54,713 nucleotides of DNA from an uncultured Gammaproteobacteria bacterium (GTDB lineage Bacteria; Patescibacteriota; Patescibacteriia; Magasanikbacterales; GWA2-37-8). The stretch is taken from the NCBI GenBank assembly GCA_964641245.1, contig CAZXML010000007.1, positions 1 to 54,713 on the forward strand. The letters are read 5' to 3'. Below the pieces are notes generated by a model. That model had not been told where the DNA came from and did not search any database. It was given only the letters and a program-made list of their open reading frames with translations. The position numbers were made by a program, and so were the translations under genes. Numbering within the stretch: the first letter of the stretch is position 1; every line of letters begins with the position of its first letter. Shown here one piece after another: positions 19,822 to 29,234 of this stretch.

Positions 19822-20760
19822 ATGGGTATGTTAAAGGCGCTAAAAATTTTAGTCTTCGTTATAATCCTGGCCGTTGCGGGTTATTTTTCCCGCGCTCCGC
19901 TTTTAAATTTGTGGTCCCGGTTTATTATCTCTTATTTTCCCTGCGCTCAACCAATCGGCTATACAATTAATTCCTTTGACACCAGATTTGGTATAACAAA
20001 AGACGAATTTGCGCGCGCCATAAACAAAGCCGAACAAATTTGGGAAAAACCTCTGGGAAAAGAATTGTTCACCAGTGAACCAAATGGGAATTTAAAAATA
20101 AATCTGATTTACGATTACCGCCAGGAGGCAACGATAAAATTACGCAAATTAGGTTTGGTTATAAATGATGACCGCGCCTCTTACGACGCTCTTAAAGCAA
20201 AATTAAAAGCGTTGGAATCCGCTTACGCTCAGCAAAAAACTTACTACCAATCACAACTCGCTATTTTTGAAACCCATAAAAAAACCTACGAAACAAAAGT
20301 GGCCTATTGGAATAAACGCGGCGGCGCCACCCAAGAAGCGTACGCGCAATTAACCGCTGAAAAAGAAGCGCTTAACGCGGAAATAATCCAAATAAATAAT
20401 TTGCAAAATGAACTTAATATTGCCGTAGACAACATCAACGCCATGATTACGGTTTTAAACCGCCTGGCCGAATCCTTAAATATAGACGCCGGACAATTTA
20501 ATCAGACCAACGACGCGCGCGGCCAAGAATTTGAGGAAGGCTTATACCAAAGCGGACCGGACGGACAGGAAATAGACATTTACCAATTTGATAATATTGA
20601 TAAATTAGTCCGCGTTTTAACCCACGAACTTGGCCATGCTCTTGGTTTAGATCACCTGGAAAATTCTAAAGCAATTATGTACCGCCTTAATCAGGGCACA
20701 AACACAAAACTGACCGCCGATGACTTGGCGGCTTTAAAAACACTTTGCGGAGTTAAATAA
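19822..20760 (+). CDS. Matrixin-family zinc metalloprotease with coiled coil, membrane-anchored
   Basis: HELGHALGLDH plus AIMY Met-turn; N-terminal hydrophobic anchor. Confidence 0.88.
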   Translation: MGMLKALKILVFVIILAVAGYFSRAPLLNLWSRFIISYFPCAQPIGYTINSFDTRFGITKDEFARAINKAEQIWEKPLGKELFTSEPNGNLKINLIYDYRQEATIKLRKLGLVINDDRASYDALKAKLKALESAYAQQKTYYQSQLAIFETHKKTYETKVAYWNKRGGATQEAYAQLTAEKEALNAEIIQINNLQNELNIAVDNINAMITVLNRLAESLNIDAGQFNQTNDARGQEFEEGLYQSGPDGQEIDIYQFDNIDKLVRVLTHELGHALGLDHLENSKAIMYRLNQGTNTKLTADDLAALKTLCGVK

Positions 20761-20809
20761 TAATTATAAAAAAACGCCACATTGCTGTGGCGCCAAGCGG
20801 TAAAACTGT

Positions 20810-21367
20810 TCAAACGATTGCGTCGATGAGACCGTATTTCAACGCTTCCTCAGCGGAAATTTCTATATCTCTATCACCCTTCTTACACCAGGACATAATT
20901 ACTTCCTTTGACTTGCCGGTCTTCCCCTCCATAATACGGAAAAGTTTGTCCTGATTCTTTCTTGCTGACTCAACAATTTTTTTCAGCTTTTTCCTGTCGT
21001 CAAATTCGTCCAAACCAATCGATCCGCTATATCTGATGCTGTGAACAAACAAAACGGAATGTTTTGTGCACAACCTTAGACTGCAGGCCTGCAAAATCAC
21101 CGTCGCCATGGAGCGGGCAAATCCCACTACCAAACCGGTGGTTTTTCCGGGGTATAGGCGTAGCATGTCGTAAATTACCAGCCCAGCATCTACACTTCCA
21201 CCGCCGCTGGAAAACCGGATGCAAATTGGCGGGCTGTTATTTACGGAAAGCCACGATAGACAATCCCGCACATACTGATACATTTCATCATCCACTTCGC
21301 CTTGAAAATCAATGACACCATGTTCCAACAGGCCGATTTGCAGATCTGTCAGGCTAAACTTTTCCAT
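20810..21367 (-). CDS. Divergent ClpP-family protease
   Basis: SSGGGSVDAGLVIYD, ARSMA (Ser), FVHS (His), SAEEALKYGLID; SD GGGAGG before MEKF. Confidence 0.88.
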   Translation of the reverse strand: MEKFSLTDLQIGLLEHGVIDFQGEVDDEMYQYVRDCLSWLSVNNSPPICIRFSSGGGSVDAGLVIYDMLRLYPGKTTGLVVGFARSMATVILQACSLRLCTKHSVLFVHSIRYSGSIGLDEFDDRKKLKKIVESARKNQDKLFRIMEGKTGKSKEVIMSWCKKGDRDIEISAEEALKYGLIDAIV

Positions 21368-21458
21368 TTGTTTCCTCCCACTGGTTTGAAACAACTACTT
21401 TAGCCACTGGTCAGCTTAATTAATTATAGGCATATAAAGAATGAACGGTCAAGAATTT

Positions 21459-22202
21459 TTACTCTCCAATCGTTTTTATTAACGTCCACAACACCAGAAT
21501 TCCCAGAATGAAAACGGCGCTGTGAATGGAAATTTTTATTCTGGTGTCGCTTTCGGCGTGAATTTCCGGCAGAAGATCGGCGGCCGCGATATAAATAAAT
21601 CCGCCGGCGGTTAGAGCCAGAATATAAGGTATAAAAGTTTCAAAACGATGCAAATAATAAAAACCAGCCACACCTCCTAAAATAGCAAACACGCCGGAAA
21701 GCAAATTGAAGATTATAGCTTTGGCTTTTGAATATCCGGCATGCACTAGCACGCCCATATCCCCAACTTCCTGGGGCACTTCGTGGATTATAATGGCCAG
21801 TGTGGTGGCCAAACCCAATGCCGGGCTTACCAAAAAACTGGCGGCAATGGCCACCCCGTCTAAAAAATTATGAACGGAGTCTCCTATAATTACCAATTTG
21901 ACCGAACCGTGCCGGTCGCAATTTTCTTCGTGGCAGTGATAATAAAAAAAGGCTTTCTCCAACAAAAGAAAAATTACAAAACCCAAAACCAAAAATTCCA
22001 TCATCAGCATTGTATTCCCCTGTCCGGCTATAGCTTCAGGCAACAGCTCAAAAAAAGACACCGCTATCATGGAACCGGCGGCAAAACTTACCAGAACCAT
22101 TATTTTGGCATGGCTTTTAACAAAAAAATTGACAAGGCTGTACGCCCCCACCACCCCAATTAAACTCACGGCCACATTGGCCAAAATAATATTTAATAAC
22201 AT
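21459..22202 (-). CDS. ZIP-family metal transporter
   Basis: SFAAGSM, GDSVHNFLDG, HEVPQEVGD, GGFIYIAAADLLPE. Confidence 0.93.
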   Translation of the reverse strand: MLLNIILANVAVSLIGVVGAYSLVNFFVKSHAKIMVLVSFAAGSMIAVSFFELLPEAIAGQGNTMLMMEFLVLGFVIFLLLEKAFFYYHCHEENCDRHGSVKLVIIGDSVHNFLDGVAIAASFLVSPALGLATTLAIIIHEVPQEVGDMGVLVHAGYSKAKAIIFNLLSGVFAILGGVAGFYYLHRFETFIPYILALTAGGFIYIAAADLLPEIHAESDTRIKISIHSAVFILGILVLWTLIKTIGE

Positions 22203-22261
22203 AGAAAAAATTGCGTTTAGTATAATGTTACTTTACTTTAGTTTACCCGGACGGTCAACCC

Positions 22262-22290
22262 TTGACAAAAACACCATTTTACAATATAAT
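22262..22290 (+). promoter_or_regulatory. Consensus sigma70 promoter of rplA
   Basis: TTGACA-17-TATAAT. Confidence 0.88.
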
Positions 22291-22302
22291 TTCAACACTT
22301 AA

Positions 22303-22335
22303 GTGGGATCCCGACCACTCGGGAGTTTGTACCAC
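22303..22335 (+). promoter_or_regulatory. Candidate L1-binding mRNA leader
   Basis: GTGGGA-[TCCCGA..TCGGGA stem]-ACCAC at the transcript 5' end, resembling L1 autoregulatory sites. Confidence 0.6.
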
Positions 22336-22343
22336 AATAACAG

Positions 22344-22432
22344 TTATAAAGTTCATAAAGTTTATCAAGTTTATAAAGTAATGGCCATCCGCCAACTTTA
22401 CGAACATTAAAAACTTTATAAACTTTTAAACT
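22344..22432. repeat. Inverted arrays of 9-mers (TTATAAAGT / ACTTTATAA) in the rplA leader
   Basis: Four direct 9-mers, a spacer, then about four reverse-complement 9-mers. Confidence 0.75.
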
Positions 22433-22441
22433 ACAAAGCTT

Positions 22442-23116
22442 ATGTCAAAACGAATGGACGCCATTCGCGCCAAGGTAGACAAAAATAAAGTCTATTCTCT
22501 GGACGAAGCGGCAAAACTTTTAGCGGAAACCAGCGGTGTAAAATTTGACGCTACTGTGGAGGTTCACGCCAACCTGGGTGTAGACACCAAAAAAACCGAA
22601 CAACAGGTTCGCGCCACCGTCACTTTGCCTCACGGAACCGGAAAAACCAAAACTGTGGCCGCCTTCGTTTCTGCGGATAAAGAAAAGGAAGCCAAAGAAG
22701 CCGGCGCCGACTTTATCTACGGTGAAGAAGAAATTAAAAAAATTAAAGACACCGGCAAGATTGAATTTGAAATTGCCGTTACCACTCCGGATATGATGCC
22801 TAAACTGGCCGCGATTGCCAAAGTTTTGGGGCCAAAAGGTTTAATGCCTAACCCAAAAACAGAAACTGTCGGACCAAGCATCAAAAAAATGATTGAAGAA
22901 CTGAAAAAAGGAAAAGTCACCTTCAAAAATGACGATTCCGGAAATGTTCACCAGGCTGTGGGCAAAATCAGCTTCGGCGAAGCCAAATTAAAAGAAAATA
23001 TTACCGCCTTTTTAGAAGCATTAAAGAAAGCCAAACCGGCCACTTCCAAAGGCACGTTTATCAAAACCCTAACCGTCTGTTCCGCCATGGGTCCAGCCAT
23101 AAAAATTAACGCCTAA
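22442..23116 (+). CDS. rplA: 50S ribosomal protein L1
   Basis: KFDATVEVHANLGVD, LPHGTGK, LGPKGLMPNPK, MGPAIK. Confidence 0.98.
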   Translation: MSKRMDAIRAKVDKNKVYSLDEAAKLLAETSGVKFDATVEVHANLGVDTKKTEQQVRATVTLPHGTGKTKTVAAFVSADKEKEAKEAGADFIYGEEEIKKIKDTGKIEFEIAVTTPDMMPKLAAIAKVLGPKGLMPNPKTETVGPSIKKMIEELKKGKVTFKNDDSGNVHQAVGKISFGEAKLKENITAFLEALKKAKPATSKGTFIKTLTVCSAMGPAIKINA

Positions 23117-23196
23117 AACAAAATCGCCCCGCAAGGGGTTATTTTGTTTAAGCTTACGGGTTGTTAATTGTTAATTGTTAGTTGTTAGTTAATTTT

Positions 23197-24213
23197 ATGT
23201 TCATCATCGCATCCGTCGGCCTGGACAACTTCTCTGAAGAAAAAATAAGAAAAATTATTCTGGCCGGAGCCGACGCTCTGCGCTATAGTTTTTCATACGG
23301 CCCAATCGAAAATACCATAGACCGCATTAAAGCCGGCATGAAAGTTGTTGACGCGCTAAATTCTTCCGCTAAAATTATTGTTAATCTGCCATCCAACCAG
23401 GTCCGCCTGGCCGGCCCTCACGCTCCGCGTAAAGTTCTGGAAAACGAAGAAATCATTTTAAAGTCCGCTTTTCACGATCAGCCAATGACCGACGAAAACA
23501 TCTATATCCACATTTCCGAACTTGGCAACCAAGTTTACATCAACCAAATTACCACTGTAGACCACGGCAAAATCGCTTTGCAGGTAACGGAAATTATAAA
23601 CAACGAAACCATAAAAGTCCGCGTTCTAAACGAGGGAGTTTTGCATTCCGCCCTAAACATTCACATTGCCCAAAATACGGAAAATAACGAATATTTAAAC
23701 CGGTTGAGCGAGGTGCTAACCAAATTGGAAGAACTGACGCCGGAATATCTGGCCATTCCGTTCATCAGCCCGGCCGTAAACGAAAAAATAAAACAACTCT
23801 CCAATTTTAGCTGGCGTCCAAAAATAATCGCCCGCATAGAAAGCCGTGTAGCCATGGAAAACCTGGAAAAAATTTGCCAAGACGATTTTTACGATTTGGT
23901 TCTTCTTAACCGCGGCAAACTGGGCCTAGATATGCCTTTTGAGCGCTTGGGAATTTTTCAAAAAGAAGCTACTGCCGCCGTAAAAAAATATAAAAAACCG
24001 GTCATCATTTCCTCCCAAATTTTGGAAGGAACCATTTACAATTACATCCCGCTCCGTTCGGATATTCTGGATCTTACCAACATAGTCCTAGACGGCGCCG
24101 ACGGCATCATGCTTTGCAACGAAACCGCCCTAAGCTCCCGCCCCGCCTACACGCTTTCGGTCGCCAGAAAGATAATTTTGGAAGCGGAGAAGTATAAAGC
24201 GCACAGAGCTTAA
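23197..24213 (+). CDS. Pyruvate-kinase-like protein, degenerate active site, no C-terminal domain
   Basis: A/B-domain pattern IIASVG, RYSFSYG, IIARIES, NRGKLG, SSQILE, DGADGIMLCNETA. Confidence 0.75.
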   Translation: MFIIASVGLDNFSEEKIRKIILAGADALRYSFSYGPIENTIDRIKAGMKVVDALNSSAKIIVNLPSNQVRLAGPHAPRKVLENEEIILKSAFHDQPMTDENIYIHISELGNQVYINQITTVDHGKIALQVTEIINNETIKVRVLNEGVLHSALNIHIAQNTENNEYLNRLSEVLTKLEELTPEYLAIPFISPAVNEKIKQLSNFSWRPKIIARIESRVAMENLEKICQDDFYDLVLLNRGKLGLDMPFERLGIFQKEATAAVKKYKKPVIISSQILEGTIYNYIPLRSDILDLTNIVLDGADGIMLCNETALSSRPAYTLSVARKIILEAEKYKAHRA

Positions 24214-24219
24214 TCAATT

Positions 24220-24313
24220 TGTCATTGCGAGGAGCCGTAGCGACGCGGCAATCCCATTGTTGGCACTACCAGTACTGTGGGATTGCTTCGTCATTTCTCT
24301 CCTCGCAATGACA
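24220..24313. repeat. Palindromic element family C, intergenic
   Basis: TGTCATTGCGAGGAGCCGTAGCGACGCGGCAATCCC...GGGATTGCTTCG...CCTCGCAATGACA. Confidence 0.92.
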
Positions 24314-24378
24314 AAAAAATCAGGTTGCAATCAACAACCTTTTTTGTTACACTTGGAGTTGTAATTAACCCTTATTAT

Positions 24379-24846
24379 ATGCAATCAGCCCGAAGCAGCT
24401 ATATATCCTGGGACGAATGTTTTATGCGCATGGCGCACGTTATTGCCGAGCGCTCCAAGGACCCTTCCACTCAAGCCGGAGCCGTTATTGTTAATCCAAA
24501 TAATGTCGTGGTCGGCATTGGCTACAACGGATTTCCGCGCGGAATAGATAACGACAAACTGCCTTGGGAAAGAGAAGGAACATTTTTAGAAACTAAGTAC
24601 GCTTACGTTTGCCACGCCGAAGAAAATGCGGTCTATAATTCCAATAACGCCGTCAAAGAGGGAAAAATTTACTGCACCCTTTTTCCCTGCAACGAATGCG
24701 CCAAAACTTTAATCCAAAACGGCATTACCGAAGTTATTTTTGAAAGCGATAAATACCACGAAACCGACTCGTGCATTGCCTCGCGCCGGATGCTTGATGG
24801 GGCAAAAGTTAAGTGCCGTCAATATATTTGCGACTATGCCAAATAA
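24379..24846 (+). CDS. dCMP deaminase
   Basis: ISWDECFM, RSKDPSTQAGA, GYNGFPRG, HAEENA, PCNEC. Confidence 0.95.
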   Translation: MQSARSSYISWDECFMRMAHVIAERSKDPSTQAGAVIVNPNNVVVGIGYNGFPRGIDNDKLPWEREGTFLETKYAYVCHAEENAVYNSNNAVKEGKIYCTLFPCNECAKTLIQNGITEVIFESDKYHETDSCIASRRMLDGAKVKCRQYICDYAK

Positions 24847-25399
24847 AATCATCCTCGGATTTGTGGGCGACCTGGCCAGTGGCAAGGGCACCGTCTGCAA
24901 ATATCTCCAAGAAAAATACGGGGTAGATTCTTACCGTTTTTCCACCATGTTACGCGATATTCTGGACAGAATCTATGTGGAAAAAAATCGGGAAAATCTG
25001 CAAGACCTGTCTACTTTTCTGCGTGGCCGCTATGGCCAGGATATTATGAGCAAAGTGATAGTGCAAGATGTTCTAAATGATAAAAACGATATTGTGGCGG
25101 TGGAAGGCATCCGGCGCCCAACCGACATTACTTATTTGCAGGAACTCCCCGGCTTTAATTTAATTTATATTACCGCCGACCCAAAAATCCGCTGGCAAAG
25201 AATGGTTCTTCGTAAAGAAAATGCCGATGACGCCGGAAAAACTTTTGACCAATTTTTAAAAGACGAACAAGCCGAAGCCGACATGCTGATAAAAGATCTG
25301 GGCACAAAAGCAAAATATACTTTGGTAAACAATGGAAACATCGAAGAATTTTATTCCGGTATGGAAGAAATTTTAACCCAAATTAAACATGCAAGTTAA
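24836..25399 (+). CDS. P-loop nucleoside monophosphate kinase-like protein
   Basis: GDLASGKGT P-loop, VEGIRR, ITADPKIRWQR. Confidence 0.8.
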   Translation: MPNKIILGFVGDLASGKGTVCKYLQEKYGVDSYRFSTMLRDILDRIYVEKNRENLQDLSTFLRGRYGQDIMSKVIVQDVLNDKNDIVAVEGIRRPTDITYLQELPGFNLIYITADPKIRWQRMVLRKENADDAGKTFDQFLKDEQAEADMLIKDLGTKAKYTLVNNGNIEEFYSGMEEILTQIKHAS

Positions 25400-25817
25400 A
25401 ATAAAACGCATCGACACTTCCCTTCCCCTGCCGGAATATCAAACCGCCGGCGCGGTGGCTTTTGATTTGTATAGCCGGGAAGATATGGTTATCAAGCCAA
25501 AAACTATTGTCCTTGTTCCCACCAATATTATTGTGGAAATACCAAAAGGATACATGTTGGCCGTGGCTCCCCGCTCCAGCACGCCCAAAAAAAAGGGCTT
25601 GATGGTTCCCCAGGGAATTGGTATAATTGACCAAGACTACCATGGGGAAAAAGACGAAATAATGCTACAGGTTTATAACTTTACCGACCAAGAAGTAACC
25701 ATTACTCGCGGCGAACGCGTGGGCCAAGCGGTATTTGTGCGGGTAGACCAGGTTGATTGGAAAGAAGTAGAGGAAACCAAAGAGACCAGCCGTGGCGGAT
25801 TTGGGAGCACTGGGTAA
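25389..25817 (+). CDS. dut: dUTP diphosphatase
   Basis: AFDL, PRSS, GIIDQDYHG, RGGFGSTG. Confidence 0.96.
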   Translation: MQVKIKRIDTSLPLPEYQTAGAVAFDLYSREDMVIKPKTIVLVPTNIIVEIPKGYMLAVAPRSSTPKKKGLMVPQGIGIIDQDYHGEKDEIMLQVYNFTDQEVTITRGERVGQAVFVRVDQVDWKEVEETKETSRGGFGSTG

Positions 25818-25822
25818 TCAAC

Positions 25823-25854
25823 TCCCCGCTTGGACGGGGTAGGGGTGGGTTGGA
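25823..25854 (+). repeat. G-rich repeat family G, copy 1
   Basis: TCCCCGCTTGGACGGGGTAGGGGTGGGTTGGA; reverse-complement copy at 49568-49599 with 1 mismatch. Confidence 0.8.
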
Positions 25855-25887
25855 AAAAATATTTATTAATTTTTAATTTAAAAATAT

Positions 25888-26172
25888 ATGGGACACGAAA
25901 CACCACAATTTACTCCGGATACTCTGGAAGAAGCGCAAGCTAAGAAATCAAGGAAAGAGGATCAAGAAAAATTAAGAGCAAAACTGGCCAGACCGAGCAA
26001 GCCAAACCCAGAAGCTTTAGCCGCCGTAAAACAGCTGGACGAAAAACAACTGGAGACATTGCGGGCTAAGCTTGCCAACATTGAGCCAGAAAAATTCCCT
26101 GAAGGATCCGGGGGAATGCCGCTTGCCGAAGAAGATGAAATAAAACTTACCGAGGAGGATTTGATAAAATAA
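25888..26172 (+). CDS. Small hypothetical protein
   Basis: 94-aa charged ORF within the operon; internal repeat LRAKLA. Confidence 0.65.
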   Translation: MGHETPQFTPDTLEEAQAKKSRKEDQEKLRAKLARPSKPNPEALAAVKQLDEKQLETLRAKLANIEPEKFPEGSGGMPLAEEDEIKLTEEDLIK

Positions 26173-26174
26173 TT

Positions 26175-27068
26175 ATGCGCGCTTATTTGGATATTGTCCG
26201 CGCTATTTTGGAAAAAGGCGAACGCAAAGCCAATCGTACCGGTGTAGATACCATTGCCATTGCCGGCGCTATGTTTGAGCACGATATGGCCAATGGTTTT
26301 CCTTTGCTCACCACCAAAAAAACACCGTTTAAAATGGTGGCCTCGGAATTAGAATTTTTTATCAAAGGACTGACCGATAAAAGATGGCTGCAAGATCACA
26401 ACAACCATATTTGGGACGAATGGGCTAGCCCTAAAAAAGCGCCATACGGACACGATGAAGAATCCAAAAAACGAATGGCCGAAGAAAATGATTTGGGGCC
26501 GATTTACGGATTTCAATGGCGTCATTTTAATGCCGAATACCAAAATTCGGACACAGACTATACCGGCCAAGGCGTAGACCAATTACAAAGAGTAGTAGAC
26601 AAACTTAAATCCGACCCTGGCGACCGTCGCATGATTGTTAGTGCCTGGAATCCATCCAAACTGGGAGATATGGCTTTGCCTCCTTGCCATTACGCTTTTC
26701 AAGTCACGGTCATAAACGGAAAACTAAATTTATTATGGAACCAGCGCTCGGTAGACACCATGTTGGGCTTGCCTTTTAACATTGCCAGCTACGCTTTGCT
26801 TCTCCACTTGCTGGCCAAAGAAAGCGGACTCAAAGAAGGTAAACTGGTAGGGTTTTTAGCAGATACGCACATTTATGAAAACCATTTAGATGGCGCCAAA
26901 GAACAGATAACCCGAGACCCGAATACATATCCTCTACCAACAATTGAAACAAAAAATTTCACCTCCATCTTTGACCTGCCTACCGGACAGGCAGGCTGGA
27001 AATGCGAAGACAGCGCGGTTTTAAATTATCAAAGTTTCCCTTCAATTAAATTTGATATTGCCGTGTAG
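26175..27068 (+). CDS. thyA: Thymidylate synthase with a 7-aa repeat insertion
   Basis: NRTG, FPLLTTKK, LGPIYGFQWR, MALPPCH, QRSVD..LGLPFNIASY, HIYENH. Confidence 0.98.
   Translation: MRAYLDIVRAILEKGERKANRTGVDTIAIAGAMFEHDMANGFPLLTTKKTPFKMVASELEFFIKGLTDKRWLQDHNNHIWDEWASPKKAPYGHDEESKKRMAEENDLGPIYGFQWRHFNAEYQNSDTDYTGQGVDQLQRVVDKLKSDPGDRRMIVSAWNPSKLGDMALPPCHYAFQVTVINGKLNLLWNQRSVDTMLGLPFNIASYALLLHLLAKESGLKEGKLVGFLADTHIYENHLDGAKEQITRDPNTYPLPTIETKNFTSIFDLPTGQAGWKCEDSAVLNYQSFPSIKFDIAV
26975..26995. repeat. 21-bp family D palindrome in frame in thyA (LPTGQAG)
   Basis: CCTGCCTACCGGACAGGCAGG versus CCTGCCTGCCGGCAGGCAGG at 54-73. Confidence 0.8.
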
Positions 27069-27070
27069 AC

Positions 27071-27134
27071 TGTCATGCTGAACTCGTTTCAGCATCTAAC
27101 AGTTGATAGATCCTGAAATAAATTCAGGATGACA
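27071..27134. repeat. Family A element between thyA and folA
   Basis: TGTCATGCTGAACTCGTTTCAGCATCT...AGATCCTGAAATAAATTCAGGATGACA. Confidence 0.92.
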
Positions 27135-27144
27135 AAACGAACAT

Positions 27145-27627
27145 ATGCCTTTCTCCCTCATCGCCGCCGTGGCCAAAAATAATTGTATCGGCATAAAAAA
27201 TAAAATCCCCTGGAATATTCCCGAGGATTTTCAGTATTTTAAAAAAACTACTTTAGGTAAAACCTGTGTCATGGGCCAGGCTACTTTTGAATCCATTCTC
27301 GGCTACTTAGGCAAACCATTGCCCGGCCGGCAAACCGTGGTTGTTACTCTGGATAAAAATTTTACCGCTCCGGAAGGTGTCCGTATTTTTTATTCGCTGG
27401 ATGAAGTTTGGGAAAAATTAAAAGACGAAGACGTTTTTATCTGCGGCGGCGCCAGCATCTACCGCCAAACCATAAATCGGGTAGATGTTTTGTATATAAC
27501 TATTGTTGACCAAGAACCGGACGGCGATGTTTTTTTTCCGGAAATAGATAAAAGTATCTGGCAAGAATCCTGGCGCGAAGACCACGACGGCTTTTCGTTT
27601 GTAAAATACACAAAGGTGTCATCCTGA
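27145..27627 (+). CDS. folA: Dihydrofolate reductase
   Basis: IG..NKIPWNIPEDFQYFK, MG, KPLPGR, ICGGASIY, GDVFFP. Confidence 0.96.
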   Translation: MPFSLIAAVAKNNCIGIKNKIPWNIPEDFQYFKKTTLGKTCVMGQATFESILGYLGKPLPGRQTVVVTLDKNFTAPEGVRIFYSLDEVWEKLKDEDVFICGGASIYRQTINRVDVLYITIVDQEPDGDVFFPEIDKSIWQESWREDHDGFSFVKYTKVSS

Positions 27628-27685
27628 ACTTGTTTCAGGATCTGTTTAATATAGATAAAGATGCTGAAATAAATTCAGCATGACA
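27617..27685. repeat. Family A element supplying the folA stop codon
   Basis: TGTCATCCTGA reads SS*; ends AGATGCTGAAATAAATTCAGCATGACA. Confidence 0.92.
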
Positions 27686-27692
27686 GTACGAT

Positions 27693-28406
27693 ATGCTCAT
27701 CATGATAGACGGCATCGACGGTAGTGGTAAAAGCACGGCCGTGCAAGCCTGGAAGGATTATCTTGCCAAAGAAGGCAACGCTATTTTTGATTTAAAACAT
27801 TATTGGCAAACTACCGGCAAATACCCGGAATTGCATGAATTAAAATCCTACGATTTTATTTTTAGCTGTGAACCAACTTATACCGGCGTGGGCAAAGTCA
27901 TCCGCGAAGAACTTATTAAAAATGGCGCCGGCTACCCCGCGCAGGCGCTAGCCGAGGCTTATTCTTTAGACAGGCTGGTTCTCTATAAAAAAATTATTAT
28001 TCCTTTGCTCCAAGAAGGAAAAGTTGTCATCCAAGACCGCGGTGTCAGTACTACTTTGGCTTATCAAAACATTCAAAATAAAGAATTCACTTTTGAAAAA
28101 ATCAGCGAATTTGCGGGCAATAAACTGGCGCTGGAAAACAGGCCGGATCATTTGATTCTCGCTCAAATTTCCGCCGAAAAAGCCGCCGCCAGAATCAGCT
28201 CCCGTTTTGATAAGGACGACAATGCCATCTTTGAAAAACTGGATTTTCTAAAAAAAGCCACTGGGGTATTTTTTTCTCCGGAATACCAAAAAGTATTTAC
28301 CGCCCGTGGCACTACCATTCATTACTTGAATACCGACCACGAAATTGATATAATGAAACAAGAGGCCGTAAATCTTCTAAAAAAACTTATTACTTTGTCA
28401 TCCTGA
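27693..28406 (+). CDS. tmk: Thymidylate kinase
   Basis: IDGIDGSGKST, CEPT, VIQDR..STTLAYQ. Confidence 0.9.
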   Translation: MLIMIDGIDGSGKSTAVQAWKDYLAKEGNAIFDLKHYWQTTGKYPELHELKSYDFIFSCEPTYTGVGKVIREELIKNGAGYPAQALAEAYSLDRLVLYKKIIIPLLQEGKVVIQDRGVSTTLAYQNIQNKEFTFEKISEFAGNKLALENRPDHLILAQISAEKAAARISSRFDKDDNAIFEKLDFLKKATGVFFSPEYQKVFTARGTTIHYLNTDHEIDIMKQEAVNLLKKLITLSS

Positions 28407-28458
28407 ACTTGTTTCAGGATCTATACGATAAAGATGCTGAAATAAATTCAGCATGACA
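28396..28458. repeat. Family A element supplying the tmk stop codon
   Basis: TGTCATCCTGAACTTGTTTCAGGATCT...AGATGCTGAAATAAATTCAGCATGACA. Confidence 0.92.
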
Positions 28459-28474
28459 ATTAAACAAAAAATGT

Positions 28475-29230
28475 ATGCTCAAAACAGCCACTGAACTAAT
28501 CGTAGACAGCTGGGATTTATACGCCAAAAACTGGCGCAAATTTTTGCCTTTCATGGTTTTAATTTTTCTGCCTTCCCTCATCTTATCCGCCTTGGGAGCA
28601 ATTTCCTTATACTTAGATGTTTACATACCCTCATCCGCCATGGCCAGCAATATAGTTCTGATTCTGCTTTTTGCCGCCAGCCTGGTTTTTGCTATTTGGG
28701 TAACAATAGCGCTGGCAAAAACTATGCTGGATTGCCTGTTGGCCAAACCAACCGAATGGAAAGAAACTTTTACTTCCTCCAGCACTCTCATCTGGCCAAT
28801 GATTCTCACCTCATTTTTAGTCACCCTAAGCGTATTTGGCGGAACTTTACTGTTAATTGTTCCCGGTATAATTTTTGCAATTTGGTATAGTTTTACTTCT
28901 TATGTAGTAATTTTTGAAGGCCAACAAGGATTAAACGCTATGCGCGCCAGCAAAGCTTTGGTGGTTGGACGTTGGTGGCCGATAGTTTGGAGACTGGCGA
29001 TTTCAACCCTTGTTTTTGGGTTTTTAAATTCCGCGCTCTCTTACGTTCTGGCTTATTCTATCAGACTTCTGCCGTTGCCGTTATTTATCCAATCAGCCTC
29101 TGCCAGCACTCTAACTGTTTTGGTCAGCGCCATCACTGCCCCTCTTTCCGCCGGCGCCATTTTAATTTTATATCAAAGCGCTAAACAAAACCCTGCAACA
29201 CTACCAACACTTCCTCCAACACTACCATAA
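28475..29230 (+). CDS. Integral membrane protein
   Basis: Multiple TMs; LLLIVPGIIFAIWYSF..SKALVVGRWW pattern. Confidence 0.8.
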   Translation: MLKTATELIVDSWDLYAKNWRKFLPFMVLIFLPSLILSALGAISLYLDVYIPSSAMASNIVLILLFAASLVFAIWVTIALAKTMLDCLLAKPTEWKETFTSSSTLIWPMILTSFLVTLSVFGGTLLLIVPGIIFAIWYSFTSYVVIFEGQQGLNAMRASKALVVGRWWPIVWRLAISTLVFGFLNSALSYVLAYSIRLLPLPLFIQSASASTLTVLVSAITAPLSAGAILILYQSAKQNPATLPTLPPTLP

Positions 29231-29234
29231 ATCT

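Noticed and set aside
27071..28458. Three family A repeats as a CRISPR array
   Set aside because: Separated by whole genes, palindromic and dispersed; no cas genes and no regular spacers
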